A DNA stretch of 64,000 bases from Bigelowiella natans CCMP2755 (taxonomy: Eukaryota; Protista; Cercozoa). The stretch spans positions 62,001 through 126,000 of the forward strand of contig ADNK01001130.1 in the NCBI GenBank assembly GCA_000320545.1. The letters are read 5' to 3'. Every line of letters begins with the position of its first letter. Within the stretch, counting starts at the first letter, position 1. Positions 24,577 to 37,425 of this stretch are shown here, in pieces. Both the position numbers and the translations under genes were made by a program. The notes below the pieces were generated by a model, which saw only the letters and a program-made list of their open reading frames with translations, was not told the DNA's origin and made no database searches.

Positions 24577-27164
24577 ATGGGAGAAACACTCTCAAAGTGC
24601 TTCGTTGATGTTGAGACTTTACCGGATGATGGCTTTGGGTCAGTATTTTGCAATGGAATATACTTGCTGTTAGAATCTGAAATGGAATAGTGATGGACCT
24701 TTGCTTGTTCGTTGTGTCGTTGTATGTCTATTAGAGTCATCCAATTGCTCGGGTTAGCAGCCATATACGGATACATTGTTGTTCTGGCTGCTGATGGGAT
24801 TGGAAATGGTCATTATTGACACATTATTCTTGATGTGTTCCTCTTACTCTCGATACAAACTGTGGCGGCTGATTTTATCTTTTAAGAGGATTAGAATGTT
24901 AATTCTTGAGATAAACTGAAGGGTAGAATAAGGAAGAGAGAAACGAATACGATCTGATTCTAGATGTGAAACGTGATATAGTGAATTCTTCGTTCGATGA
25001 TTGGCTACTCACTCTCTTAATAATGCCATGTTTTAGGCTGCGAGCTTTTAATGGCGTATTCTCCATCCATGGCAGCACTAGTAGGTCCAGTAGTCCTTCC
25101 TATCCTTGGAGCAGTGCCGGATTCCATGATCATCCTTTTTTCGGGAATGGGGGATGATGCACAAGAAAAGCTTAATGTTGGGGTTGGTGCCTTGGCGGGT
25201 TCCACGGTTATGTTGCTCACCATTCCGTGGTTTTTGGTGATTCTCTTTGGACGCGTTGATCTTGACGAAAACGGCCATGGCTCCTACAAGTCGAAGAATA
25301 AGAACGTCAATTTTCCTGGGTTGTACCCTTTAATGTCAACCGGGATAAATGTTACAGGTGGTTAAAGTATGCCTACGGTTGTTGCCAAGAATGAAATTAT
25401 ATTCTCTTTTATGACGATGATTTGTGTGTGTGTGGGGGGGGGCATGTAGGCCTAGTCCCCAAGTCTGGAAAGATGATGATCATTACGGCACTCTCGTACT
25501 TGATCATACAAATACCGGCCGTGGTGCTTGGGTGTGGTTTCAGTGACACGGTCTGCCACGCCGGTGGAGAGAGATATTGGGCCCTTGCAGCAATGATCCT
25601 GTGCATCATTGGATTTGTAGGGTACATCTGGTATTGCACTATCGTCGCAGGGTCAGAAGAAACGGCACCGATTTGGCTTGCGCTTTACGAGCGCCAGATC
25701 GATGCAGGAACAATCGATATTCTCAGCGTCGCACTCATCGTGCTAGATAAGGAATATCAGCCAGAAAATAATGGACGAAGCAACGAGGATAACGACGGTA
25801 CACGATTCTTACTAGCAGAAGACTCCCCCCTGCGCAAGCAGATGCGTCTACTAATCCGCAGATACTGGAACAGATTCGATAACAGCAGGAATGGAAAGCT
25901 CAATGTAAAGCAGTTTAATCAATTCCTAGATGCAGTTAGGGTGTCTGGAGAGGACCGATTCTCTCTCACTCATCGCGTTGGAAGCTCTGTAATTGACTTC
26001 GACCATGTCCTCGAGTTCATGTTCGATCTGATCATAGCAAAGCAGATGATCAGCGGAGATGAGAGAATGACAGACATGTCCAAACCCAAGACAAGCTTAT
26101 ACTCTATTGCCTTTAAGATCTGTGAAGAGGAAGAATTGCATGACGATCATGATACAGCAATAGAGCGCATTCAGTCAGCTTTAAAGCCGATTTTTGAGAA
26201 GCACGAAGATGAAACAGGCCAAATTTGCGTTGAGGGCATCCACAAGTTGTTCCCAGAACTAGGCTTGAAGGTTGGTGACTCTCGAATCAAAATCTTCCTT
26301 GCAGCCGTTGACATAGACGAGGACAAGAAAGTCTCTACAGAGGTAAAAGCAAAAGCATTCGTGATCAAATACACACACAAGCACGCACGCACACACACAA
26401 AGCATGCATACATTTCATATAACTATTAGGAATTGGCACATTTCCTCTATTCAACTGTGATCCACTACGTCAAGCATCCGGGTGCACATGACTCGAAGAA
26501 GGAAAACGAAGGAGAAGGCAAAGAATTGATGTCGATTTTGGATTCAAAGGAGGAGACAGCAGTAGAGGCTAAAAAAGGTGGAATCAATACGGAAGAAGCA
26601 GAAGAGGAAGAGGAGACTGGCGACGAAGAGGACGAGGAGTTTGATCTCCCTCAAGACATCGCATCTTTACCAAAAGAGGAAAGACAAAAAGCGATACTCA
26701 AGACATCCCTTACGATGATCTGCATTTCAACTATTGCAGTTGTTTTGGTTTCGGATCCTCTCACAGATGTCATGAGTGAGCTGGGAAGTAGAATGGAGGT
26801 TTCTCCATTCTATGTCTCCTTCGTTTTAGCACCACTAGCATCTAACGGGAGCGAGCTAGGGGCAGCAATCACCCTTGCAAAGAGGAAAACCGTTGCCAAA
26901 GCAACTGCAGGTGTGTCGCAGTTGTTAGGTGCTGGGTCCATGAACAATACCATGTGCCTTGGAGTATTCCTAGCTTTGATCTACTTCAGAAACCTGAAGT
27001 GGACATTCACGGCAGAAACAATAAGTATACTTACAGCTGAGATTGTGACTGCGTTGATTGGAATGAAGACAACGCAGACGCTTTTTGATGGTTTCCTCAT
27101 CCTCTCCATCTATCCTTTGTCCATTGCTTTAGTAGCTCTTCTAGAGAGTGTAGGCCTTCAGTAA
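24577..27164 (+). CDS. Na+/Ca2+ exchanger-like protein with central EF-hands (NCL/EF-CAX type)
   Basis: GPVVLPILGAVPDSMIILFSG, VGVGALAGSTVMLLTIPW, EF-like FDNSRNGKLNVKQF and VDIDEDKKVSTEE, SDPLTDVMSELG, FYVSFVLAPLASNGSEL, GAGSMNNTMCLGVFLAL, WTFTAETI. Confidence 0.92.
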
Positions 27165-27249
27165 ATGCTAGCCTAAATGTTTGAAGGAGGAAATCGTTCA
27201 TGTTGAAAATGCATCAAACATCCATGTTGCTAATTAATTGAAATACAAA

Positions 27250-27980
27250 TCGTGCACATTGACACATGGCATGGTTTCACATGCTAGCATGGCTCAAGCT
27301 AGCAAGTTTGAACGAAATTAGACTGAAGATGGCCACTATCAAGCTTTTTGAATGACGTTTGCTAGTTTGCGCAAAAGTCAAAGGATGCCCAGAATGATGG
27401 TCTGGACCTTTTTTTGGTTCAGCTAGACAGCTGCTAGCGCCTGCAGAACATCCAGACATCCGATCACACCTGATGGCTAGCTAGCCTGCCGGGGTCAGCT
27501 AGTCAGGGGGTCTGCTGTTGTGGTGACACCAGATTTTCTCTGGCCACGCCAGCACTGCAATTTGCTCGGATTTTCGTTTCGTTTGCAGACTTCAAAAGCT
27601 CTTGACTGGACCTGCTTTCACGTGGGTTTTGGTCTTTCTGATGAACTAGCTAGCCAGTGGGCGTGGATGGAAAGTGCTAACAGAATCGCTCTCATGGCAC
27701 GGTTGCATGCGCTAAACATGTGCACGACGTCCCATCATTGCAATTCCTCAGAAACATTTCACACAAGAGGTTAATTTCAAATCTCTAGATCTCCATGTCT
27801 CAGCGAGCAGCAGCGCGTGACCAATCTAGCAACTCAGATGACAAGAAATTGGGAACAAGACAATCATCGCGGCATTTTCAATGGGCAGCTAGGCTGCACA
27901 AGCCTTCGCTTGAGCTTGCAAATTGAGCATCGAATCGCTTCTGTTGCCAGCTCTAGAGCTAGCTCGAACGATGCAAAGTG
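27250..27980. other. TpA-depleted, CTAG-rich convergent intergenic block
   Basis: 15 of 20 TpA in CTAG, and 4 of the other 5 in CTA/TAG half-sites. Confidence 0.85.
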
Positions 27981-28508
27981 CATTCTACATCTCATGCATT
28001 TGTTAAAAAACCCATCCGTCATATCATTTATATGGGTAAATTGTGTAGATCATTTAACTGCAACGAATACATAAATTCTGTGACATAAAAGCTTGTGAAG
28101 GTAAAGACTTGTGAATTATTGTAATGATGCAGTGTACTGCCATCCATGATCCTGCTGCTATCGCATTGTACATCTTTTGTGTAGGCGAGATGCCTTGTCC
28201 TTCCCGTGCTTAGATTTCGGAACAACTTTTCATCTTGCACTGTGTACACGTTGCTACTGTCCGACGAATCGCACCGAACGACCCGCATCGATGGATGCGC
28301 GACCGCAACATTACTCTCCCTTCCTCAATATCCTTACCACAGCCATGTGAATATGCCCAATGGGCATGCTACATTATCTCCGACCCTGCTCGTAACCGCT
28401 TGAGACTAGATATCATAATACAACCATGACCAAGTCCCAAATTCAATCAGCAGTGAACGTCGCAGCGGTGATCGTAGAAAGTGCTACCGCAAAGAAGGTA
28501 GGTAGTTC

Positions 28509-28708
28509 TCATGCATCCGGCTCTTTAAAAGCTTCGTAGTTGTAGTATTTTGGAACAGAGTCCAAGCTGAGAATTATGATGATGAGATGATTGGCGATGG
28601 GTAGAACCCACCCATGTATCAAAGCGTTTATATCATGAAAGGAGGAGGATATTCCAATATGTCAACCGTCCACTTACTCTAAAGCATTGTTGCGGCGACG
28701 AAAACGTA

Positions 28709-28750
<42 letters not shown>

Positions 28751-28753
28751 GCA

Positions 28754-28797
<44 letters not shown>

Positions 28798-29432
28798 AAG
28801 AGAACATGTTCTCTATCTCCCTCCTCCTCCTCCCAAAACTTCAGAAGAATCTGGTACTACAATACCGTATGTGAAGCCAAGAGACGCCCTTTCCATGCGT
28901 GCTGACCCATGTCTGAGAAAGGGGGGGGTAGGAGTCATATAGATTAATTATCATGGCAATAATCGACTGTAGCAACAAAGAGAAGCAGGAATTGACTTTC
29001 AGTCATTATGAGAATTGGGATGGTACTGAAACTGTTCAGATCAACAAATGAGACCATTAGTGTTCTAGCTCCTCGCAAATTAAAATCACAGCATCTACTG
29101 CTAAATTACGTGTTTTTCTCCCCGTTTGGACAATTCCTCTCGAATTCCTTCGCCTACGAGTGAGAGCCTTGCATGTGTGCTTGTATACGTGCGTATGTAT
29201 GTATGAATGTATTCATTTTTGAATGAATTGTGCTGTGTGTGTGTTTCCAGAGCGTGTGGGAGATCTTCATCGCCGACATATTTCTACCCAGGGATTTCCA
29301 TAGCATATCCTGCTGGGACTCAGGAGCGCCGCGTACAAAGGATGCAAGATCCTTACATGTTACTGACGGTGGTGTTCAAAAATTAAATGATAGTGAGCAT
29401 TGAATATAACGGATGATTATTCGAGACAAAAG

Positions 29433-29481
<49 letters not shown>

Positions 29482-30866
29482 ATGTGAGGAGATATCGATC
29501 GCAATTCTCGCAAAACACATTATGCTCACCATCTTCTGCTTATCCTTTTTCTTCTTCTTCTTCTTCTTCTTCTTCTTCTTTGAATAAGGCACAATAGTAG
29601 TATTACCTTCACTTAAATTGTGGTGAGTTGGAACCACCATAAGTGCATCACCTCCTTTATTTGCAAACCGAACCACCGATATTCTACTGTGGATTGAAGG
29701 ATATCAAGATGATGGTGATGATGGATCAATGAGACACTGGAATTTTGCGTTAGTCGTCACATACGATGATCAGTGTAGAAGATGAATAAAGAGAATGTTA
29801 ATAACGATGGGGTTCATCGCGTTTTCTGTTTTTAAACGTGTACTATTGTTGTTCTTGTAGTATCCACAGTTTTTACCCATTCTTTGAGTCAATGAATCCT
29901 TCAAACGGTTTCCCATTGGAATGGAGGAATTTGAAATAATTCGTTCGGACTGCGGTGATGATGAATTATTGCGAGGAATTAGCCTATACGAGAGTATTCT
30001 CAGCTGCATTATGACATAGCTACTACTACTACTACTACTACGACTCCTATAACGACTCCTATAGAGCACACCACCTAGGACCATCTCGAATTTCTTGCTG
30101 GTTATTGATGCTTGTGTGAGAGAGTTGCATTCCCAGAAGTAACCCTTATAAGGCGCCTGTGAGAAGAAGAAGAAGAAGAAGAAGAAGAAGAAGAAGAAGA
30201 AGAGTGATGATGAAGAAGTCAGGAAGGAAGGAAGGAGGAAGATAGGAGTGTGAAGCAAAAAGGCCAAAGAAGAAGAAGAAGGAATGTAGAATCTTGAGAC
30301 GAGAGCTTTACCTTTTTTCCTTCAACTCTCTCTTCCTCCCTGTCTATGTCTATCTATCTTCTATCATATATTTTTATATATTTTTATTTATTTATTTATT
30401 TGTATACGTATTTATATATTTAATATAAGACTCTGTGTTATCACTATTGCATTAGAGGAAAACGATGGTCTCTGTGCAATCTAATTACCTTGGAGAGAAT
30501 AGAGTTGAAAAAGCTGCGAAAGTCCTTGTTCTCCACAAGGCTGGTGATGACATCTGACCACATCAGCTGCAAAAGGAGATTACAACGATGACAAAAAACA
30601 ACGACAATTTCAGCAACAATAATTGGGATGTATATCCTTCCGAGAATGTTCTATTCTGCCATGGAAACAACCAAACCTTAGCGCCTTCTCTCGACAAAGA
30701 AATACGCAGCTTTGACCTTGACGGGTCCTGTGAGATTCAAGAATGATGGTGACTCTGCACATATGTAGACCACGCAAAACAACGAAGACAAGACGACTAT
30801 GCAGATTCATATTCGCAGAAGTAGCAGCAGCAGCATAAAGATAGGATATATATAGGGCAGACAGAC

Positions 30867-30898
<32 letters not shown>

Positions 30899-31471
30899 GT
30901 GTTACTCATTAAGTAGTAGTAGCAGTAGTAGTAGTGGTAATAGTTTTTAGCGGATATGATGATGAGGAGGAGCACCACCTCAAATTCTCCTTCTGCCTTG
31001 TAAGAACCCCCTTCGCACAGAAACTAGTCATGAATGAGAGGGTCATTCAATGATGATGATGATAAGGATGATAATGACGATGACAACGAATATGATTAGA
31101 CAATGAGTAATAATTTTATGTTCTCGGTGGTGAGAGAAGTTCCCTCACCATATCCTTTTTCTTCGTCTCCTTCTCCTCCTCCTCCTCCTCCTTTTGGTCG
31201 TTGTTAGCCTCCTTTTCTGGCAGACGTGCGGATTCCTGTGGGGAAACCATCGGAGTGGCTGGAGGTAGTGAACCCTGTGTTGGGGGAGCAGCAGCTGCTG
31301 CTTTAAGAGTCGGCTGCTGGGCTGTTGTTGTTTTTTTATAACAACTGAAAGCAGGGCCTGCTTTAGGCTTCGTCTTTCTGACTGTGATTGGCTTGTTCTT
31401 GCTCTTCTTTATTTTCCTCCAACATTGGACGCTGCAACTATAACAAGCCAAAGCACGCATAAGGACAAACA

Positions 31472-31513
<42 letters not shown>

Positions 31514-32132
31514 CGCAAAGAAAGAAATGAAGAAAGAAAGAAAGAAAGGGGCTAAATTCTTACTATGGCTGTGGCTTTGTGTAAGCTGGGTTTCCTTTCC
31601 CACACCAGGAACAAGTGAGAGCTGCTGTCGTCGTTGCTGTCCTTGAACTGTTGCAGACTCCTGTCGTTCTCGGTTGTGTCTCCTTCAAATCTGCACTTCC
31701 AGGCGTTGGCGTTTGTTTCTGTTTGGTTATCACCTTCTTAGTCGTAGGTGCTGTAATCGGTGCGTCCTTATCTATCTTCTGTGGGGTGGGAGTGGGTTTG
31801 GTGCCTACAGGAGCTGTCTTTGGAGGTAGTGAACCCTGTGCATTAGGCGTGGGTGCTGCAACCGTTGCCTTATCGGCTGCGTCCATATGCGGTTTCTTCT
31901 TTTCCAACGCTGCATCAGTTTTCACAACGTTATCGTGTGCTGTTGTGGTTGTGGCCTTTGTCGGGGTTTTCACTCCATCTTCATGTGTTTTTGGTTCCCC
32001 TTCATTAATTGAATTCTCTGGTGTGAATGTCAGCGGATCGTCTGCCCAGCATGGGATTTCTTCGTTTACTTGCGTTGAGGTAGGATTTCGTATATTATTA
32101 TCCATATTTGCGTCAGGAGATTGGTCCTCCAT
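28509..32132 (-). CDS. Protein with a long Pro/Thr/Lys low-complexity N-terminus and a C-terminal DUF6940-like domain
   Basis: Spliced exons: LMWSDVITSLVENKDFRSFFNSILSK-APYKGYFWEC, FANKGGDALMVVP, DLASFVRGAPESQQDMLWKSLG, TWVSTHGKGVSWLHIR-LDSVPKYYNY. This matches the recalled bacterial DUF6940 motif (W.ST.G.GV.WLH.RLD..PKYY). Confidence 0.8.
28715..28793. repeat. Compound intronic microsatellite (AC)n-(CT)n
   Basis: Directly visible. Confidence 0.95.
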
Positions 32133-32675
32133 GATTCTTCCTCTTTATCGGAACCGCAAACAAAGAAAAAATAGATGATAATTTGGATAATCTGTTTGAC
32201 GCAATACAGGAATCAAGGCCATTTTAGGTTTCGTTTACCTCTCAACATCAACCAAATCCAGGTGGATGGTAACGAGGAACGAAATTCTTCCTTCAAGGGG
32301 ATGATGAAACTGTCCGACGTGTCCGAATATGTGTCCGAAGATTTTTTGTCTCTTTTCTTGAATCAATTATTTCTTTTCTAATTTTTTAATTTTTTCCATG
32401 TGTTCGACATCTTGTGAATGGAAATACTCGAGCAAAACAACCAATACAACAATTATAACCGATTTTTTAAATTTTTTATTGGATCACCTGCGCAAGGTGC
32501 GTGCAGTCCAGGAGATTTTGTGCTTTTTAACAGAATAATTGGATGTCGTATGCATGTAATAAAGGTTTTGGTTTCAGAAGAGCTACTAGTACCGGGATTG
32601 AGCTGCCTTCCTTCCTCACCCCTCTTCCATCCCCCATAGGCTTACACCATCCAAGAGCCGTCGCGTTTCGTCACC
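32133..32675. promoter_or_regulatory. Putative bidirectional promoter DUF6940-like / RPT4
   Basis: ~540-bp head-to-head spacer with T-tracts. Confidence 0.45.
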
Positions 32676-34243
32676 ATGTCTGATGATCGTGCAGCAACAA
32701 TTGCTACGTACAGGAAGAAATTTCTTGAACACCGTGAGCTGGAGATCCAAGTCAAAAATCGTAAGACTTCCTAACGATCATTACAGCCAGCATGCACATC
32801 CTTACAATTGTCACATCTGTTTCAGTACGCTTGAAGATGAGAGACTTAAATCGTCAATATGAAAAGACAGAAGATGATCTAAAAGCGGTGCAGAACGTGG
32901 GGCAGATTATCGGAGAAGTGCTGAAGCAGCTTGATGAAGAAAGATGTAATACAAAATTCCAACATAATTCTTTTTCTTATCTTAACGTCATGTTCATCTG
33001 CAGTTATCGTGAAAGCATCTAGTGGTCCCAGGTATGTAGTTGGATGCAGAAACAAAATTGCAAAATCAAAGCTCAAGGCTGGATGTAGGGTCGCATTGGA
33101 CATGACCACACTCACAATCATGAGAATCTTGCCTCGTGAGGTTGATCCTATGGTGTACAATATGTTGAACGAGTCGCCTGGAACAATCACGTACGCTGAT
33201 ATTGGGGGAGTGAGTGAACAAATTCGGGAGCTTCGTGAAGTCATAGAGTTACCTCTCACAAATCCCGAATTGTTTCTCCGAGTTGGTATTAAGCCTCCCA
33301 AGGGTGTCCTACTATACGGCCCCCCTGGTACAGGGAAGACACTTCTCGCGCGTGCTCTAGCAAATAATATCGAAGCCAAGTTCCTGAAGGTTGTTGCAAG
33401 TGCGATAGTGGACAAATACATCGGAGAAAGTGCACGGATCATTAGAGAGATGTTTGGTAAGACCATCTTCCTGTTTTGCGCCAGAAATCTCCTTGAAACC
33501 CTGTCATCTATTCAGGTTACGCTCGAGATCATGAACCCTGTGTCATTTTTATGGATGAAGTGGATGCCATTGGTGGTCGCCGTTTTTCGGAAGGAACTAG
33601 TGCTGATCGAGAAATTCAAAGAACTCTAATGGAAGTAATATGAAGATAGTGGGATCACAAATTCCGTTTTAACTTTCTCTTTTTGCATCAGCTCCTTAAC
33701 CAGCTCGATGGATTTGAAGTCCTTGGGAAAGTCAAGATGATTATGGCTACTAATCGTCCCGATACACTCGATCCTGCCCTATTAAGGCCGGGACGACTTG
33801 ATCGAAAGATAGAAATCCCACTCCCAAACGAAAACGCACGTCAGGAAATCCTGAAGATTCACGCTTCGAAAATAAATAAAAGCGGAGACATAGGTAACTA
33901 TCCTATTGTGAATTTCAAGGATATTCACAAGTGAAGTTTGTTTCAGACACTACGTGTCATTTAAATGCCAAGTCTAAATAATTTCATTTTCAGATTATGA
34001 AGCAGTAGTAAAACTCACGGACAACTTCAACGGAGCAGATCTTCGAAACGTTTGTACAGAAGCAGGTTTGCTATGCTACTTCCTTATTTATTTCCTACAC
34101 TAAAACTAAAAGTTTACCTTACAGGCATGTTCGCAATACGAGCAACTCGAGAATATGTGGTAGAAGAGGACTTTATGAAAGCAGCACGCAAAATTGCAGC
34201 TGTGAAGAAACTCGAGGGAAAGCTTGAATACTCAAAAGTATAA
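32676..34243 (+). CDS. RPT4: 26S proteasome AAA-ATPase subunit RPT4 (PSMC6)
   Basis: [82 protein letters not shown]. Confidence 0.97.
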
Positions 34244-34357
34244 TTACATCTGCAGAAACTGTTAGATTGTACACGATACAGATTTAGAAGTGTTCGAAGA
34301 TTCAATATTAATATTCGACAAAATAACAATATGGTAAATCTGTCGTCTGTAACCATA

Positions 34358-34810
34358 TCTAGCATATGCTAGCATGCTATGCAAGAATCTAGCTAGCTAG
34401 GAATCTAGAATGTCTGCATGACAATGTGCACATCATTTTGTGTCATCGCGCAGTTCTAGAGTTGCTAGCTAGCGATGGAGCTCACCTTTGATACATGCTA
34501 GCATGGCATACCGCGCGGACATCCCGTTCTGCGGCTAGGCTAATAGGGCACAGCTGACAGTGCGTGCTAGCTAGCTAGGCTGCTAGGTGTGTATAATGAT
34601 GATCATGATCGAAAGCCGCCGCGGCATGCACATCATCAGCTCGATTGGGATCAAGCAAACACCTAGCTACCACGCTATAGGATGCAAACTCTTTGCCATT
34701 GTGTTCAAAATGAACGAAGGTGTAGCACATGTGTTCGATCAGTTCACATGCAAGTGCATGGTGCTGAATGAAATTCTATGCTTAACCTTGCTTGCATCAC
34801 CTCGTGCGTG
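34358..34810. other. CTAG-rich convergent intergenic block
   Basis: 16 CTAG within 34358-34666, between the RPT4 and kinase stops. Confidence 0.85.
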
Positions 34811-34855
34811 AGAGCTTACGCTATGATCTTTCGCAAAATATAGAGGGGACTCGAA

Positions 34856-37107
34856 TCAAATTGAGTGGGATGGAGGCGGCTGCTGAATGTTGAGCTGCTG
34901 CACTTGTTCCTCCATCTCTCGAAAATTGTTAGCTAGAACGCTGTCGCGAAGTTCATCATCACGCACTTCTACATCTTCACGAGAATCCGAAGTCCCACTT
35001 TAGGTACACAACAATCATAGAAACATTTTCAGCACTAGACTGTCGATTTCAATGCGTAGTGTGGAATGTCATGCAAATTAATATTTCCTATGGATATTAG
35101 CTATACGCTGTCAATCCTGATCGGACGGTGTCGAAAGCCGAAGTGTTCATAGTTCTGTCATCATCACTCTGGGTATAACAAACACAAAAGTGATGACATT
35201 GAAACGAGATAGAATTCCTCCCTGCTATTCTTACAAAATCATCCTCGTCTTCGTCTTCGTCAGATTGCTTTGCCTCCCGCAGCAACTCAATGTCAGGTAA
35301 ACATTTCTTGACTAGAGATGCAAGAATCTGAAACAAAATCCAAAATTTCCAAACGTTTCAAACTCCATGACTGTGTGCCGTTCATTAACTTAGACAACTG
35401 AGGCATTGAAACCCAACATTCGAGGATCTCTTCATCTTTAAAATATGGATGTTGAAAGATCATTGCACCTCTTTTCCGGAAGCGTTTTTAATAAATGGGT
35501 GCTGCAACATGTCGCTTGCAGAGGGTCGTATCTGGTTCGAGGGATAGAATCAGAATCACACACATTACAGAATAAATAGTCAATGTTCAAAATGTGGAAC
35601 CTTATAATCCTTAATTAAGCATTTCGCAAGGAAATCGACAAATTCTGTAGGCCATATTTTAGGGTTCTGTGAAAAAAAAAAGATGAATGAATGTTGGAAA
35701 GATTAAAACTTGTGGAAAAAATACATAACAACCTTCAGAGTTGGGGGCGGTTGTTGAGGAATGAGGAATAAAGCTCGCATAGGATGTGCATGAGCAAGGG
35801 GAGGCCTACCGTCCGCACACTCTGAATATGATCGTGTGTGTGACCGTGTGAAATCCCGGACAATTATGTCAAGTTACCGATGCAAGTAATTCCCAGTGAC
35901 CAAATATCAGCAGTGTAATTGTAGCCAGAATGAGTGCGTTTTTTTGAATCCACAACCTAAAATAATGTGTACAAAAGTTTTGTGGAGGCGAGGATGAGGG
36001 GAAATCATTAATGAGCACTGACCTCTGGAGCCATCCAGTATGGTGTGCCGATCAGTGTTCGTGTTTTTGCAAGAGTGTTATCCAATCTCTTCGATACCCC
36101 AAAGTCTGCTAGCTTACATTCCCCTTTCTCTGTGAGGAGTAAATTTGCTGCCTGTTGTGATGCCAATGGCAAACATTCATGCTTTTGATTGTGAAATGTA
36201 ATGTGAAGGTAACCTTGACATCTCTATGGATAATCTTTTTCTTGTGTAGATATTCCAGTCCAAGGAGTGCATGTTTCGCACAAACCGCAATTTCTTTCCA
36301 TGTCAAGGTTAGTTGACAAATTTCCATCATGTCCATCACACTTCCACCAGCACAGTACCTATAGAATTTATGAGCTCATAACAAGTCTTCAATAGTCGGT
36401 AATCTAAAAAATGTACTCCATTGCAATCCAAAAGTGGCCATCGTACACAAAACTCGCTATGTAAGCCTAAAACATAATTGCTTCATCAAAACTGTATTGC
36501 AAGTATATTGACAGTCAAAAATGATGTACAGTGAGATAGTCGGACTTGCAGCCAGATAAGATCTGTAATTCTGCGAGAAGGTCTTTGTAGTCATCCTTTA
36601 CAATTGGTTGAGTATCAAATAACCGTTTATCAATAGATCTACATTTTTGTTCACCTTCGATATATCCATGATTTTTATAGCACATTCTTTGCCGTCCTTT
36701 TTCGAAGTTGCTTTCACAACGATCCCCTAGCCATACGAGAATTCTCAAACTTAGTTGAATGTCTATGGATAAGAAAAACACGAATTCGTTTAATGTTCAA
36801 TGCTCAATGTTCTCACATATGCCCCTTTTCCAAGTTTTTCTCCAGTCATCTCAAAATAATTTTCTGGATTGCCAAATGCATCCGGCCTTTCTGCTGATGG
36901 CTTCAACCTATCATCCTTTTCATTGTTAGTACTGGGAGCACCTTTTTTCAAGGAACTATTCTTCTTTGATGTGTTAATGGATCCTCCATCCCCTTCTTTG
37001 CGCTGTTCTTGCTTTTCCGACTGTGATTCAGGAGAAACACCAATTTCCCCTCGAGACTGCGAAGCTACTTTATTCTCTGCCTCTTGTTTATCCGTGGTCT
37101 TGTCCAT
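34856..37107 (-). CDS. STE20-family (MST/GCK-type) Ser/Thr protein kinase
   Basis: [77 protein letters not shown]. Confidence 0.92.
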
Positions 37108-37425
37108 CGTTGTGGAAGAGTCAATGCGTAAAACTTCGTTTGCACGAAGGGGGGTGGCGTGAAAATAATTTCGAAGTGCCGCCAACCAGCAAAAAACACA
37201 TCCCATTCCTTTTATGCGTCAAGAGGATATCGTTGACGCAGAAAGGCAGTCTCAATTTTCGTTTTCTCACAGATGGTGCTGCGTCTATTTTATCACTTCA
37301 GGAAAGAAACGTAGGCAAATTTTCTCAAAAATATCATTGAACAGGTGCACAAAACTGGAAAAACCAAACTGTGAAGACTTCTTGCGACGATTTTGCCCTG
37401 CGACAAACTTATGATTCAAACGATA
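37108..37425. promoter_or_regulatory. Putative bidirectional promoter kinase / SEC6
   Basis: ~320-bp head-to-head spacer. Confidence 0.45.
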
